Of a stretch of DNA of 53,631 bases, positions 44,481 to 52,221 are shown piece by piece. Under the pieces are notes generated by a model that had not been told where the DNA came from, did not search any database, and saw only the letters and a list, made by a program, of their open reading frames with translations. The DNA comes from a virus (Duplodnaviria > Caudoviricetes). The position numbers and the translations under genes were made by a program. Each line of letters begins with the position of its first letter. Position 1 is the stretch's first letter. The stretch lies in the IMG/VR virus record IMGVR_UViG_3300031749_000457, positions 1-53,631 of that record; one strand, written 5' to 3'.

Positions 44481-45557
44481 ATGGAAAAAATTATCCAAGA
44501 ATGGAAAGTCCAATCATGGACGAGTGATGTTCTTTATACAGTCAGAAGAGATGGGAGTAAATGGTCGTGCACCTGCTATTACTGGCAGAATAAAAAGAAG
44601 CAGTGCAAGCACATTACCCAGAAGAAGCAGGAGCTGGGATTGATTAAGCCTGACCTATCCCATTACAGGTCAGCAATTCAAAAGGCAATTAGGAGAGGAG
44701 ACCTCAGTCTTCTTAAAAAATGTTTTTCAAAACTGTGGCAAGATGATAAAAGCTGGTTATTATGGAGGCTTCCTGTTTTGGCGTGTGAAGAGGTATGGAC
44801 ATTTACAGGTTTGGCTGTTGAGATGGCAATGGATAAGGAGATTGGAAGAGAACAGATTTGGAAGCTTTTAGCTAATTTAACTCTTAAACCAAAAAATAAA
44901 GAGGCTGAGGGGATAGCAGAGCTTCTGTTTCTTTATAAAACAAGGGGATTTGATGCAGAAAAATTTATCGAGGATGAAGAGAAGTTGAGGATGTTTAAAG
45001 AGATTCTGAAACTTAAAGAGAATGAAAAGTTATGGAAGGAAAATAAAGAAGAATATTGGAAATTGTATAGTGAGCCTTTAAATGAGGCGAGTCAAAAGTT
45101 TTTCAATCAGATAAAGAGAAGAATTAATTATGCTGGTCCGTCAGATATGTTTGTGGTAGCTGCTTATTTCTCTACTATTTATGAATTGGAAGAGGTTGTG
45201 CTTGATGAAGTGACGGGAGAGGAAGAGGTCGAGCCTGCCGACAGGATTCCCTGGTATTGTTATGATATGCATACATCAGTTGGTAAGCAGGTCTATTATC
45301 AACTTAAAAAAGCTTATGGAGAGGAAATGGGAGAATATCTTGGGAATGAGCTTTGGTGGTTTGAAGAGAGTGCTGTCTGTGACAGGCTTGTCAAAGATAG
45401 TTACTGGTGGTGGAAGAATAGAGAAATCTATTATCGAAAGAGAGGAAGAACTATTGAGCAGGCAGAGAAGGATTGGGAGATTTGGGGTCGTGAAATAAAG
45501 GATAGAGTTGTTGAAAAGATTAAGGCATTTGAGAAAGCATTTAGCAATTCAATTTAA
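44481..45557 (+). CDS. SWIM zinc finger fused to RarA/MgsA C-terminal-like helical domain
   Basis: WSCTC...CKHI (SWIM); SAIQKAIRRGD and IPWYCYDMHT..GK; no Walker A. Confidence 0.6.
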   Translation: MEKIIQEWKVQSWTSDVLYTVRRDGSKWSCTCYYWQNKKKQCKHITQKKQELGLIKPDLSHYRSAIQKAIRRGDLSLLKKCFSKLWQDDKSWLLWRLPVLACEEVWTFTGLAVEMAMDKEIGREQIWKLLANLTLKPKNKEAEGIAELLFLYKTRGFDAEKFIEDEEKLRMFKEILKLKENEKLWKENKEEYWKLYSEPLNEASQKFFNQIKRRINYAGPSDMFVVAAYFSTIYELEEVVLDEVTGEEEVEPADRIPWYCYDMHTSVGKQVYYQLKKAYGEEMGEYLGNELWWFEESAVCDRLVKDSYWWWKNREIYYRKRGRTIEQAEKDWEIWGREIKDRVVEKIKAFEKAFSNSI

Positions 45558-45611
45558 CCTTCCGTGAGTTTTTAAAATTCTTCCTGTAAAAATCCTGCTA
45601 AAAAATTACTA

Positions 45612-45629
45612 GTTGCAAATCTTTGCAAG
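45612..45629. promoter_or_regulatory. Palindromic operator-like site GTTGCAAA-TC-TTTGCAAG
   Basis: Same arms as 20008-20025; abuts SD of the 45643 gene. Confidence 0.45.
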
Positions 45630-45642
45630 AGGAGGATGAAGT

Positions 45643-46092
45643 ATGGGTTCAAATAATATACGTGCAATTAGGGAATTTAACAGGAAGGTCCTTTATAGGG
45701 CTTTAGGAAGTCTCAAAAGCGAGGGAATCATAAGGGTTTATGGACCGCCAATTGTTGACCGGTTGGATAGGTGGAAAGTCGCAGGTTTTTTAAGCCAAAG
45801 AGGGTATCGTGGTGGATGGAATGTTGTTAAGTGGAATTACTATGGGTTTTTGAGAAAGAGTGACGTTGCAGTAACTTTTGCTGGTATCGGTCAAAAAGAA
45901 ACTAAACTTGTTGGGAAGCGAATAGTTGAAGCTCTAAGGGAAGCTGGGCTTTCTGCTGATTGGGATGGAACTTTGAGGGGGAAGGTCATAGTTAATCTTG
46001 AAAGGCAGGAGTTATTGAATGGATTTCCAAAAGTTGTTGTTGATGTGTTTAATTCAACGATTGAATCTGCTAGGCAAAGGACGAATGCTTAA
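45643..46092 (+). CDS. Second DUF6891-like protein (divergent)
   Basis: ALGSLKSEGII...LVGKRIVEALREAGLSADWDG parallels 43248 gene (VGEIVCSALKESGLNFKWSG). Confidence 0.5.
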   Translation: MGSNNIRAIREFNRKVLYRALGSLKSEGIIRVYGPPIVDRLDRWKVAGFLSQRGYRGGWNVVKWNYYGFLRKSDVAVTFAGIGQKETKLVGKRIVEALREAGLSADWDGTLRGKVIVNLERQELLNGFPKVVVDVFNSTIESARQRTNA

Positions 46093-46108
46093 AATGGAGG
46101 TGATTTTT

Positions 46109-46252
46109 ATGAGAGTGATATGTATTTACTGTGGTATTTTGTGTGACTTAATAGAGCCTTTTGATGATGACCGGGAGATTCAAGGGATATGCGATGAGTG
46201 TTATGAAATTTCAAAAAGAAATTTAGAAAATGGAAGGAGGTGTATAAAATGA
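46109..46252 (+). CDS. Small Zn-binding protein
   Basis: SD GGAGGTG; CIYC...GICDEC. Confidence 0.6.
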   Translation: MRVICIYCGILCDLIEPFDDDREIQGICDECYEISKRNLENGRRCIK

Positions 46253-46443
46253 GCGTTATATTGAGTGAAGGAGCTACAAATTATCTGATGTGGTTAGAGA
46301 GGAGACAAAAAGGAAAAAGAGGAAAGGCGTTGAAGGTTAGATGCAGGGCTTGTGGTGGAACTTGGGAAGAGTATGTATTAGGGCAAGATTATCCACCGTG
46401 TCCTGCTTGTTGTAGTAAAGATGTAGGCCCAAAGGAGGTGTAA
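46249..46443 (+). CDS. Small Zn-ribbon protein
   Basis: SD AGGAGGT; CRAC...CPAC. Confidence 0.6.
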   Translation: MSVILSEGATNYLMWLERRQKGKRGKALKVRCRACGGTWEEYVLGQDYPPCPACCSKDVGPKEV

Positions 46444-46444
46444 T

Positions 46445-46627
46445 ATGGCAGAAATTATTAAAGAAATTTGTTGTGAATGTGGAAGAAGTGTAAAGCCTGG
46501 GTCAGGTCTTTTCATCAATAGAGTTAGAGTTTTTGATTCTTTTGATGAAAGAGTTGAGATGGGGAAACCTTACCCAGAAGGCGATTTTGTTTGCAGAGAG
46601 TGTGAGGATAAAAACAGCAATCAATGA
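46445..46627 (+). CDS. Small Zn-binding protein
   Basis: SD AGGAGGT; CCECG...VCREC. Confidence 0.6.
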   Translation: MAEIIKEICCECGRSVKPGSGLFINRVRVFDSFDERVEMGKPYPEGDFVCRECEDKNSNQ

Positions 46628-46642
46628 AAGGAGGTAATAGCT

Positions 46643-47023
46643 ATGGGGTATTATTCAACTTTAATTGCTCAGAAACCTGTAAAAACTGAATTGACGAAAG
46701 AGGAGTTCTTTGAAAGATGGGAGAAAGCCAAAGAGTCTTTGGTTGGAACTGAAGATGAAGGTTACCTTGATGAATATAAATGGGAAGTTTGGAAGGAAGA
46801 AGGTGGGTTTACGTGGTATTTGCTTGATATGGAAGAGTGGTATGCTAAGCACTACGCTGATGAACATCTGGCCAAATTTATATCTGAAGTCATCGTAGAT
46901 GGAGAGAAGAGTTTATTGGAGTTTAACGGGGAAGACGGTATTAATTGGGGGTATTACATTACAAAGGGGTCTGTAAAAGAAATTGAATATGTAAAAATGG
47001 TTGATGGAAAAAGAATTGAGTAA
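46643..47023 (+). CDS. Acidic hypothetical early protein
   Basis: SD AGGAGGT; MGYYS...GEDG motif. Confidence 0.65.
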   Translation: MGYYSTLIAQKPVKTELTKEEFFERWEKAKESLVGTEDEGYLDEYKWEVWKEEGGFTWYLLDMEEWYAKHYADEHLAKFISEVIVDGEKSLLEFNGEDGINWGYYITKGSVKEIEYVKMVDGKRIE

Positions 47024-47034
47024 AGGAGGTAGAC

Positions 47035-47214
47035 ATGCCTAAAAAATGGTGTCCAGAATGTGAAGAAGAAAAAGAAGTGATTAACAGGGTTTTTTCTGTA
47101 ATGGCAACTTGGGACGAGGAAGAAGATGATTACCAATCTTCTGATAATTGTAATGGAAGGCTGTATGATGAATGCATTGAGTGTGGTGCTGTTTTAGAAG
47201 AAAGGGAGGTGTGA
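47035..47214 (+). CDS. 59-aa acidic Zn-ribbon protein
   Basis: SD AGGAGGT; WCPEC...ECIECG; not in track. Confidence 0.6.
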   Translation: MPKKWCPECEEEKEVINRVFSVMATWDEEEDDYQSSDNCNGRLYDECIECGAVLEEREV

Positions 47215-47218
47215 ATTT

Positions 47219-47569
47219 ATGGAGGAGATAAAAGAGAAGGAGTTTATGGTGGTGCTAAAAGTAAAGGTTAGGGGATATGCCTCTATCAAGGATTTTGAAA
47301 GGGAAATTGAGGTGTTTAATTCTGCTAATAAAGGGTTAATTGAGGCAGAGGTGGAGGAGATTAAAGAAATTTGGGATTTAAAAGGGATGATTGATGGGTT
47401 TGCTGATAGGATTTCATCTTACCATAACTCCATTTATCAGGAGCCTCTTGATTGTGATGAAACAGATAAGATTGGTAAGTTGCTTACTCTTGAGCTGGAT
47501 AAAAGGCAGGGCAACTTGGAAGGAGATGAGGAGTATTATGACAGGCTCCTGGAGATTGAATTTAACTGA
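47219..47569 (+). CDS. Acidic hypothetical protein
   Basis: SD GGAGGT; track ORF. Confidence 0.6.
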   Translation: MEEIKEKEFMVVLKVKVRGYASIKDFEREIEVFNSANKGLIEAEVEEIKEIWDLKGMIDGFADRISSYHNSIYQEPLDCDETDKIGKLLTLELDKRQGNLEGDEEYYDRLLEIEFN

Positions 47570-47575
47570 AAGGCG

Positions 47576-47815
47576 GTGATGTTAATGAAAGTGATAAAAG
47601 CGCTGGTGGAGTATCAAATAAAAATTGACGAGTGGGCGCATGAGGAGCCTTGTTATCAAACACCTGACAATTATTTAGAAGTAGTATATGACTGCTTAAA
47701 GGAGTCTGACCCGATGGATTATCAAAACGTCTTTTATGATGCTTATTCAAAGGTAAAGATATTAAGTTTTGAGGAGGTGAAGACCAATGAGTGTTCGAGC
47801 ATACAGGGTCATTGA
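47576..47815 (+). CDS. Hypothetical protein
   Basis: Track ORF filling the gap. Confidence 0.5.
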   Translation: MMLMKVIKALVEYQIKIDEWAHEEPCYQTPDNYLEVVYDCLKESDPMDYQNVFYDAYSKVKILSFEEVKTNECSSIQGH

Positions 47816-48074
47816 AATTAAAACTGCTCATCCTGAATCGTTTAACTTATGGCATGATGATGAGGTTTTAGGATGGCTTGAGGCGCACACAGATTTTTTG
47901 GACAAATTGGATCGAGGTGGGAATGGTTTGACTTCAATTTTGGTAGAGGATTTAGAGAGGATGTTGACTGAGATTGGAGATAGTCTTGATAAAGATACGA
48001 AAGAAAGAATTGAGGGCGACATTAAATTTGCAAAAGGCAGGGGGGATTTAGATATTCAATATTATTGTTATTGA
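47787..48074 (+). CDS. Acidic hypothetical protein
   Basis: SD GAGGAGGTG; track ORF. Confidence 0.65.
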   Translation: MSVRAYRVIEIKTAHPESFNLWHDDEVLGWLEAHTDFLDKLDRGGNGLTSILVEDLERMLTEIGDSLDKDTKERIEGDIKFAKGRGDLDIQYYCY

Positions 48075-48097
48075 TTGAATTTTTAGTGTTGGATAGG

Positions 48098-48140
48098 AGA
48101 GCCACGAGATGATGGAGGTCTCGTGGCTTTTTTTATTTTT
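48098..48140 (+). terminator. Intrinsic terminator
   Basis: AGCCACGAGA (48100-48109) / TCTCGTGGCT (48119-48128) followed by T-rich tract. Confidence 0.8.
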
Positions 48141-48158
48141 AGAAGAAAGGAGACGATG

Positions 48159-48587
48159 ATGTTTAGAGTTAGAGAGGCAGTAGTGAGATATAAGACTATA
48201 TCTTCTCCAATAAGGAGTATAGGAAGACCAGCAGACGTATATGATTTTTTCAAAAGCATGGTAGAAGGAGAAACGAGAGAGAATTTTTATTGTCTGTATC
48301 TTGATATAAAAAACAAAGTTATTTGTTTTGAAAAGATTGCAATGGGAACTTCAACGGCTGTGAATATTGACCCTAAAGAAATTATAAGAACGGGGTTGCT
48401 GGTTGGTGCAGAAAGATTGATTTTGGCTCATAACCATCCTTCCGGAGACAGCACGCCAAGTCCTGAGGATGGAAGTCTTACGATTAAAGTTGGTCAGATT
48501 TCAAATATGTTTAATATGGAGCTTTTAGACCATGTCGTTGTCGGGGATGGTCAATTTACAAGCCTAAAAGAAAGGGGGATTTTATGA
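48159..48587 (+). CDS. radC: RadC-like JAB-domain protein
   Basis: RENFYCLYLD.KNK, AHNHPSGDSTPSPED, LLDHVVVGDG; start placed after SD AAGGAG. Confidence 0.9.
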   Translation: MFRVREAVVRYKTISSPIRSIGRPADVYDFFKSMVEGETRENFYCLYLDIKNKVICFEKIAMGTSTAVNIDPKEIIRTGLLVGAERLILAHNHPSGDSTPSPEDGSLTIKVGQISNMFNMELLDHVVVGDGQFTSLKERGIL

Positions 48588-48805
48588 TTAGGGTAAAAGA
48601 TTTGGTTGATGTTGCTGACCCAGATTTTGAAGAGCGTCAAGGAGAAATTTTTCTTTGTTTAGATTGCGGAGGTGAATCTGGGGGAACAAGGGGAGATTTT
48701 TTTATGTTATCGGATGATTACGAATTGAGGTGTCCATACTGTGGCGGAGAATTAGAACTTGTCAGAAAAGTTTGTAAATACGTTAGTGTTAAACGAAAGA
48801 AATAA
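48584..48805 (+). CDS. Small Zn-ribbon protein
   Basis: CLDC...CPYC. Confidence 0.65.
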   Translation: MIRVKDLVDVADPDFEERQGEIFLCLDCGGESGGTRGDFFMLSDDYELRCPYCGGELELVRKVCKYVSVKRKK

Positions 48806-48829
48806 AAATAAAGAGAGGAGGATAATTTT

Positions 48830-49651
48830 ATGTGTGAGATCAAAGAGTTAGAAAGAGACGAATTTGCAGATTCTATGCATGAGGAGGAGCGTAAAATGGA
48901 AGAGCAAATTTATAAGGTTAGTGAGGAAACTATTGTTGATGGTGAATGGCTTGAGAACGAAATAGAAGAGGATGTTCTCTCGGATGAGGAAGAAATTAAT
49001 GAGGAGAAATCAGAGGAAGAAAAAGCAGAAGTTAAAGAGGAAAAGAAGCCAGGGAGAATACTTTTGAGCCAGGCGAGCCTTGAAGTCGTTGCCTTTGCCT
49101 CTAAAGAAGAGAATAGATATAGCCTAAATACCCTCCATGTCACAGATAAGTATGTTGAGGCGACAGAGGGGCATATTCTCTTGAGGCTTTATCATGAAGG
49201 AGCCGACCACGAAGAATTCCCTGAAACTCCTGGGCAGGATTTTCAAAATGGCCTGAATTGTATTCTGCCTGCGAATGATGTAAAGAAGGTGGTTATTCCT
49301 AAGAAGGTTAGCCTACCAATTCTGAAAAATGCTTGTTTAACACAGGAAAATGGAGCGATCCTTGTTTCATCGACAGATTTATCAAGTATGCAAACAATTA
49401 AAATAAGACCAGTGGATACAGAATACCCCGAAACTGAACAGTTTTTGAAAGAGCCTGAAGGAGGAATAACTTTTGCCGTAGATGCGAAACTTTTAAAGAT
49501 ACTTACTGATTACCTGAATAAGGTTGAGAAAGAAAGCCAAGCGGTAAAGATTGTTTTTAATGTAGCTGACCCATCTTCACCGATTAGATTTTCATTCGAG
49601 CTGTCTAACGGACAGAGAGGAGAAGGGGCTTTGATGCCGATGAGGGTGTAA
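48830..49651 (+). CDS. Acidic N-terminus + partial DNA polymerase III beta-clamp-like fold
   Basis: ASKEENRYSLNTLHV...ATEGHIL, EYPETEQFL, AVDAKLL, GALMPMRV echo DnaN domains 2-3. Confidence 0.6.
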   Translation: MCEIKELERDEFADSMHEEERKMEEQIYKVSEETIVDGEWLENEIEEDVLSDEEEINEEKSEEEKAEVKEEKKPGRILLSQASLEVVAFASKEENRYSLNTLHVTDKYVEATEGHILLRLYHEGADHEEFPETPGQDFQNGLNCILPANDVKKVVIPKKVSLPILKNACLTQENGAILVSSTDLSSMQTIKIRPVDTEYPETEQFLKEPEGGITFAVDAKLLKILTDYLNKVEKESQAVKIVFNVADPSSPIRFSFELSNGQRGEGALMPMRV

Positions 49652-49701
49652 ATTTTAATATTCGATTTATAGCAGATTGGAAATCAAAGCGATTTTTATT
49701 A

Positions 49702-49731
49702 TTGACAGAATCATTTTTTGTTTTGTATAAA
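49702..49731 (+). promoter_or_regulatory. Sigma70-type promoter for the RM operon
   Basis: TTGACA 49702-49707, 18-bp spacer, TATAAA 49726-49731. Confidence 0.6.
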
Positions 49732-49772
49732 TTAAATTTAATAAAATAAAATTCCTTAAAAAGGGGTAGCAA

Positions 49773-52220
49773 ATGCTCAAAAATAATCCCTCAAAAATAA
49801 GTCAGATTTTTTCGGCTTCAGATGTGAAACACGGCCTATCTCTTTTCACGGATAGAGAGATTAGAGCTGTGGAGGCCATGATTATAGAACGGGATGGAAA
49901 ATTTCATATCAAATGCCAGATCAAAGATAGATACAAAGTGGCAAAACCTGAAGAAATCGTGAGGCAACTTTGGGTTTATAGATTATTGAATGAATATAAC
50001 TATCCGAAAGAAAGGATAGATGTTGAAAGAGTGGTTTATTTTGGCTCAAGAGATTCTGGTTTAGCAGATGTGGTTGTCCTTCAAGAAGACCTGAGCCATC
50101 CATACATAATCTTTGAAGTAAAAAGGCCTCAAAGAACCGCAGGGTTAGAACAATTAAAGAGTTATTGTAATGCTGAAGGAGCTCCGATTGGTGTCTGGTC
50201 TAATGGAAATGAAATGATAAGGCTACACCGAGAAGAACCTAATATTTTCGTAGAAATTCCGAGAATACCAAAAGTTACAGAGACACTAAGAGACATTTTA
50301 ATTGAAAGATGGACACTTAGATGGCTTGAAGAGCATGATGAATTAAAGCAAGGTAAGACAACACTTAAAAAGATATTGTTGGACTTAGAGGAGCTTGTTT
50401 TAGGCAATGCAGGAGTGGATCCATTTGAGGAAATTTTTAAGTTAATCTACGCCAAACTCTTCGATGAATGGAGAGGGATTAACGACTCATCTTATCAGTT
50501 AGAATTCTTCGTTGGAGACAGAAGCCCAGAACAGGTAAAAAGAGCAATATCTAATCTTTTAGAAGGAGCAAAGAGAGAATGGCAGGGGGTCTTTGAGCCA
50601 ACAGATAAAATTGAATTGAGAAACGACCATTTAAAAGTTTGCGTATCTTTCTTAGAAAAAATAAAGTTATTCAATTCCAATCTGCGCATCATAGATGAGG
50701 CTTTTGAATATCTAATACCACAAGTTTCCAAAAAGAAAGAAGGGCAGTTTTTTACTCCCCGACCTGTAGAAGATATGGTCGTTAAAACGCTCAACCCTAA
50801 AGCCAGCGAATTTGTTATCGACCCCGCCTGTGGATCTGCTGGATTTCTTTTACATTCTGTAATGTGGGTTGCAGGCGGAATGATTAGCGGAAAACCTCTA
50901 CCTGAAAGTGCAAGAAACTTTGCTCAAACGAAGATTTACGGAATTGATTTTGCCAAAAAAGCTGTAAAGATAGCCAAAGCAATTAACCTTATTGTAGGGG
51001 ATGGCAAATCTCATGTCTATAAAGATAACTCATTAGCACCTCATACATGGGAAGATGAAACAAAATCAGGTTTAAGAAGCAGGCTTTTAAGATTCCCTGA
51101 TAATCCTGAAATAGATAGAGAAAATCAAAGTAAGTTCCTATTCTTTGATTTTGATGTCTTAATGACCAATCCACCATTCGCTGGGACAGTAAAGGAAAGG
51201 GATATTTTAAGACTCTATAACTTGGCTGAGAGAAACGGAAGATGGATAAACAAAATTGGCAGGCATATTCTCTTTTTAGAGCGTTCCCTCCAATTTATAA
51301 GACCCGGCGGAAGAATGGCTATTGTCTTGCCACAAGGGCTACTAAACAATACAAATGCTGAATATATCCGCAGATTTGTTATTGATGAGGCACGGATTTT
51401 AGCAGTAGTAGGCTTGCACGGCAACACTTTCAAGCCACACACAGGAACAAAAACAAGCGTTTTGTTCTTACAGAAATATACGGATGAGGAGAAAGAAAAA
51501 ATCCAACAAATAAGGCTAAAGTATGAAAGCGAATGGGAAGAATTTTTTAAAAGCTTAAAAGAAAAATATCAAAAATTGACTTGGAATAGTTCTTTAGATG
51601 AAGAAGAAATACCGGAAGAATTGAGGTCTTTCTTGGAAGCTTATTTTGAAAGTAGAGAAGAGGTTGAGGAATTACCAGTAGAAGAAACTGGGGTTGAAGA
51701 AACAGAAGAGACAGAAAAAGAGAACACAGAGAAGAAAGGGAAAAAAGAAATTAAAATTACACTAAAAGATTTGATAGAAGAGCTTAATAGAATTAAAGAG
51801 ACAGTGGAAGAAAAAAATAATCTACTGAATGCTTTATCAGATAGACAAGAAATCAAGCAACTTAAAAAAGAATTAAGAGCATTGGAAAGATTAGAAAAAA
51901 AGACTATAAAGGAAATTTCTCAAAGAACATTAGCAGGACAGATAAGTTTAGTTTTAAATGATGAAAAGATAACAGAAGCTTTTAAGAAATACTGGCTTGA
52001 TGGAAAAGTAATGCAAAAAATGGATTATCCGATTTTCTTTGCTGTCAATGAAAAGCCAGTAAAGGATGAAAGCGGCGAGTATAGATACAAGAAAGCACCA
52101 AACGGCGATCTGGTAATGGATGAACACGGGCATCCAGTAATTGACCATGATTTAGACGAGATAGCAGAGGCTTTCATTAAGTTTGCCAAAGGACAAGGCT
52201 TTGATTTTTGGAGAGGATAA
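49773..52220 (+). CDS. Restriction-modification enzyme: HsdR_N-like nuclease domain fused to N6-adenine methyltransferase
   Basis: KPEEIVRQ...ADVVV...IFEVK; GQFFTPR, DPACGSAGFL, TNPPF; acidic/coiled-coil insertion near C-terminus. Confidence 0.88.
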   Translation: MLKNNPSKISQIFSASDVKHGLSLFTDREIRAVEAMIIERDGKFHIKCQIKDRYKVAKPEEIVRQLWVYRLLNEYNYPKERIDVERVVYFGSRDSGLADVVVLQEDLSHPYIIFEVKRPQRTAGLEQLKSYCNAEGAPIGVWSNGNEMIRLHREEPNIFVEIPRIPKVTETLRDILIERWTLRWLEEHDELKQGKTTLKKILLDLEELVLGNAGVDPFEEIFKLIYAKLFDEWRGINDSSYQLEFFVGDRSPEQVKRAISNLLEGAKREWQGVFEPTDKIELRNDHLKVCVSFLEKIKLFNSNLRIIDEAFEYLIPQVSKKKEGQFFTPRPVEDMVVKTLNPKASEFVIDPACGSAGFLLHSVMWVAGGMISGKPLPESARNFAQTKIYGIDFAKKAVKIAKAINLIVGDGKSHVYKDNSLAPHTWEDETKSGLRSRLLRFPDNPEIDRENQSKFLFFDFDVLMTNPPFAGTVKERDILRLYNLAERNGRWINKIGRHILFLERSLQFIRPGGRMAIVLPQGLLNNTNAEYIRRFVIDEARILAVVGLHGNTFKPHTGTKTSVLFLQKYTDEEKEKIQQIRLKYESEWEEFFKSLKEKYQKLTWNSSLDEEEIPEELRSFLEAYFESREEVEELPVEETGVEETEETEKENTEKKGKKEIKITLKDLIEELNRIKETVEEKNNLLNALSDRQEIKQLKKELRALERLEKKTIKEISQRTLAGQISLVLNDEKITEAFKKYWLDGKVMQKMDYPIFFAVNEKPVKDESGEYRYKKAPNGDLVMDEHGHPVIDHDLDEIAEAFIKFAKGQGFDFWRG

Positions 52221-52221
52221 G

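Larger units (their letters stand above)
171..49651 (+). mobile_element. Tailed phage/prophage segment (packaging, head, lysis, tail and early modules); ends not defined
   Basis: Co-oriented terminase, portal, protease, capsid, tape measure, fibres, amidase and small early-type ORFs; no att site or integrase seen. Confidence 0.95.

Noticed and set aside
48830-49651. Calling this gene dnaN
   Set aside because: Too short for a three-domain clamp and has an unrelated acidic N-terminus
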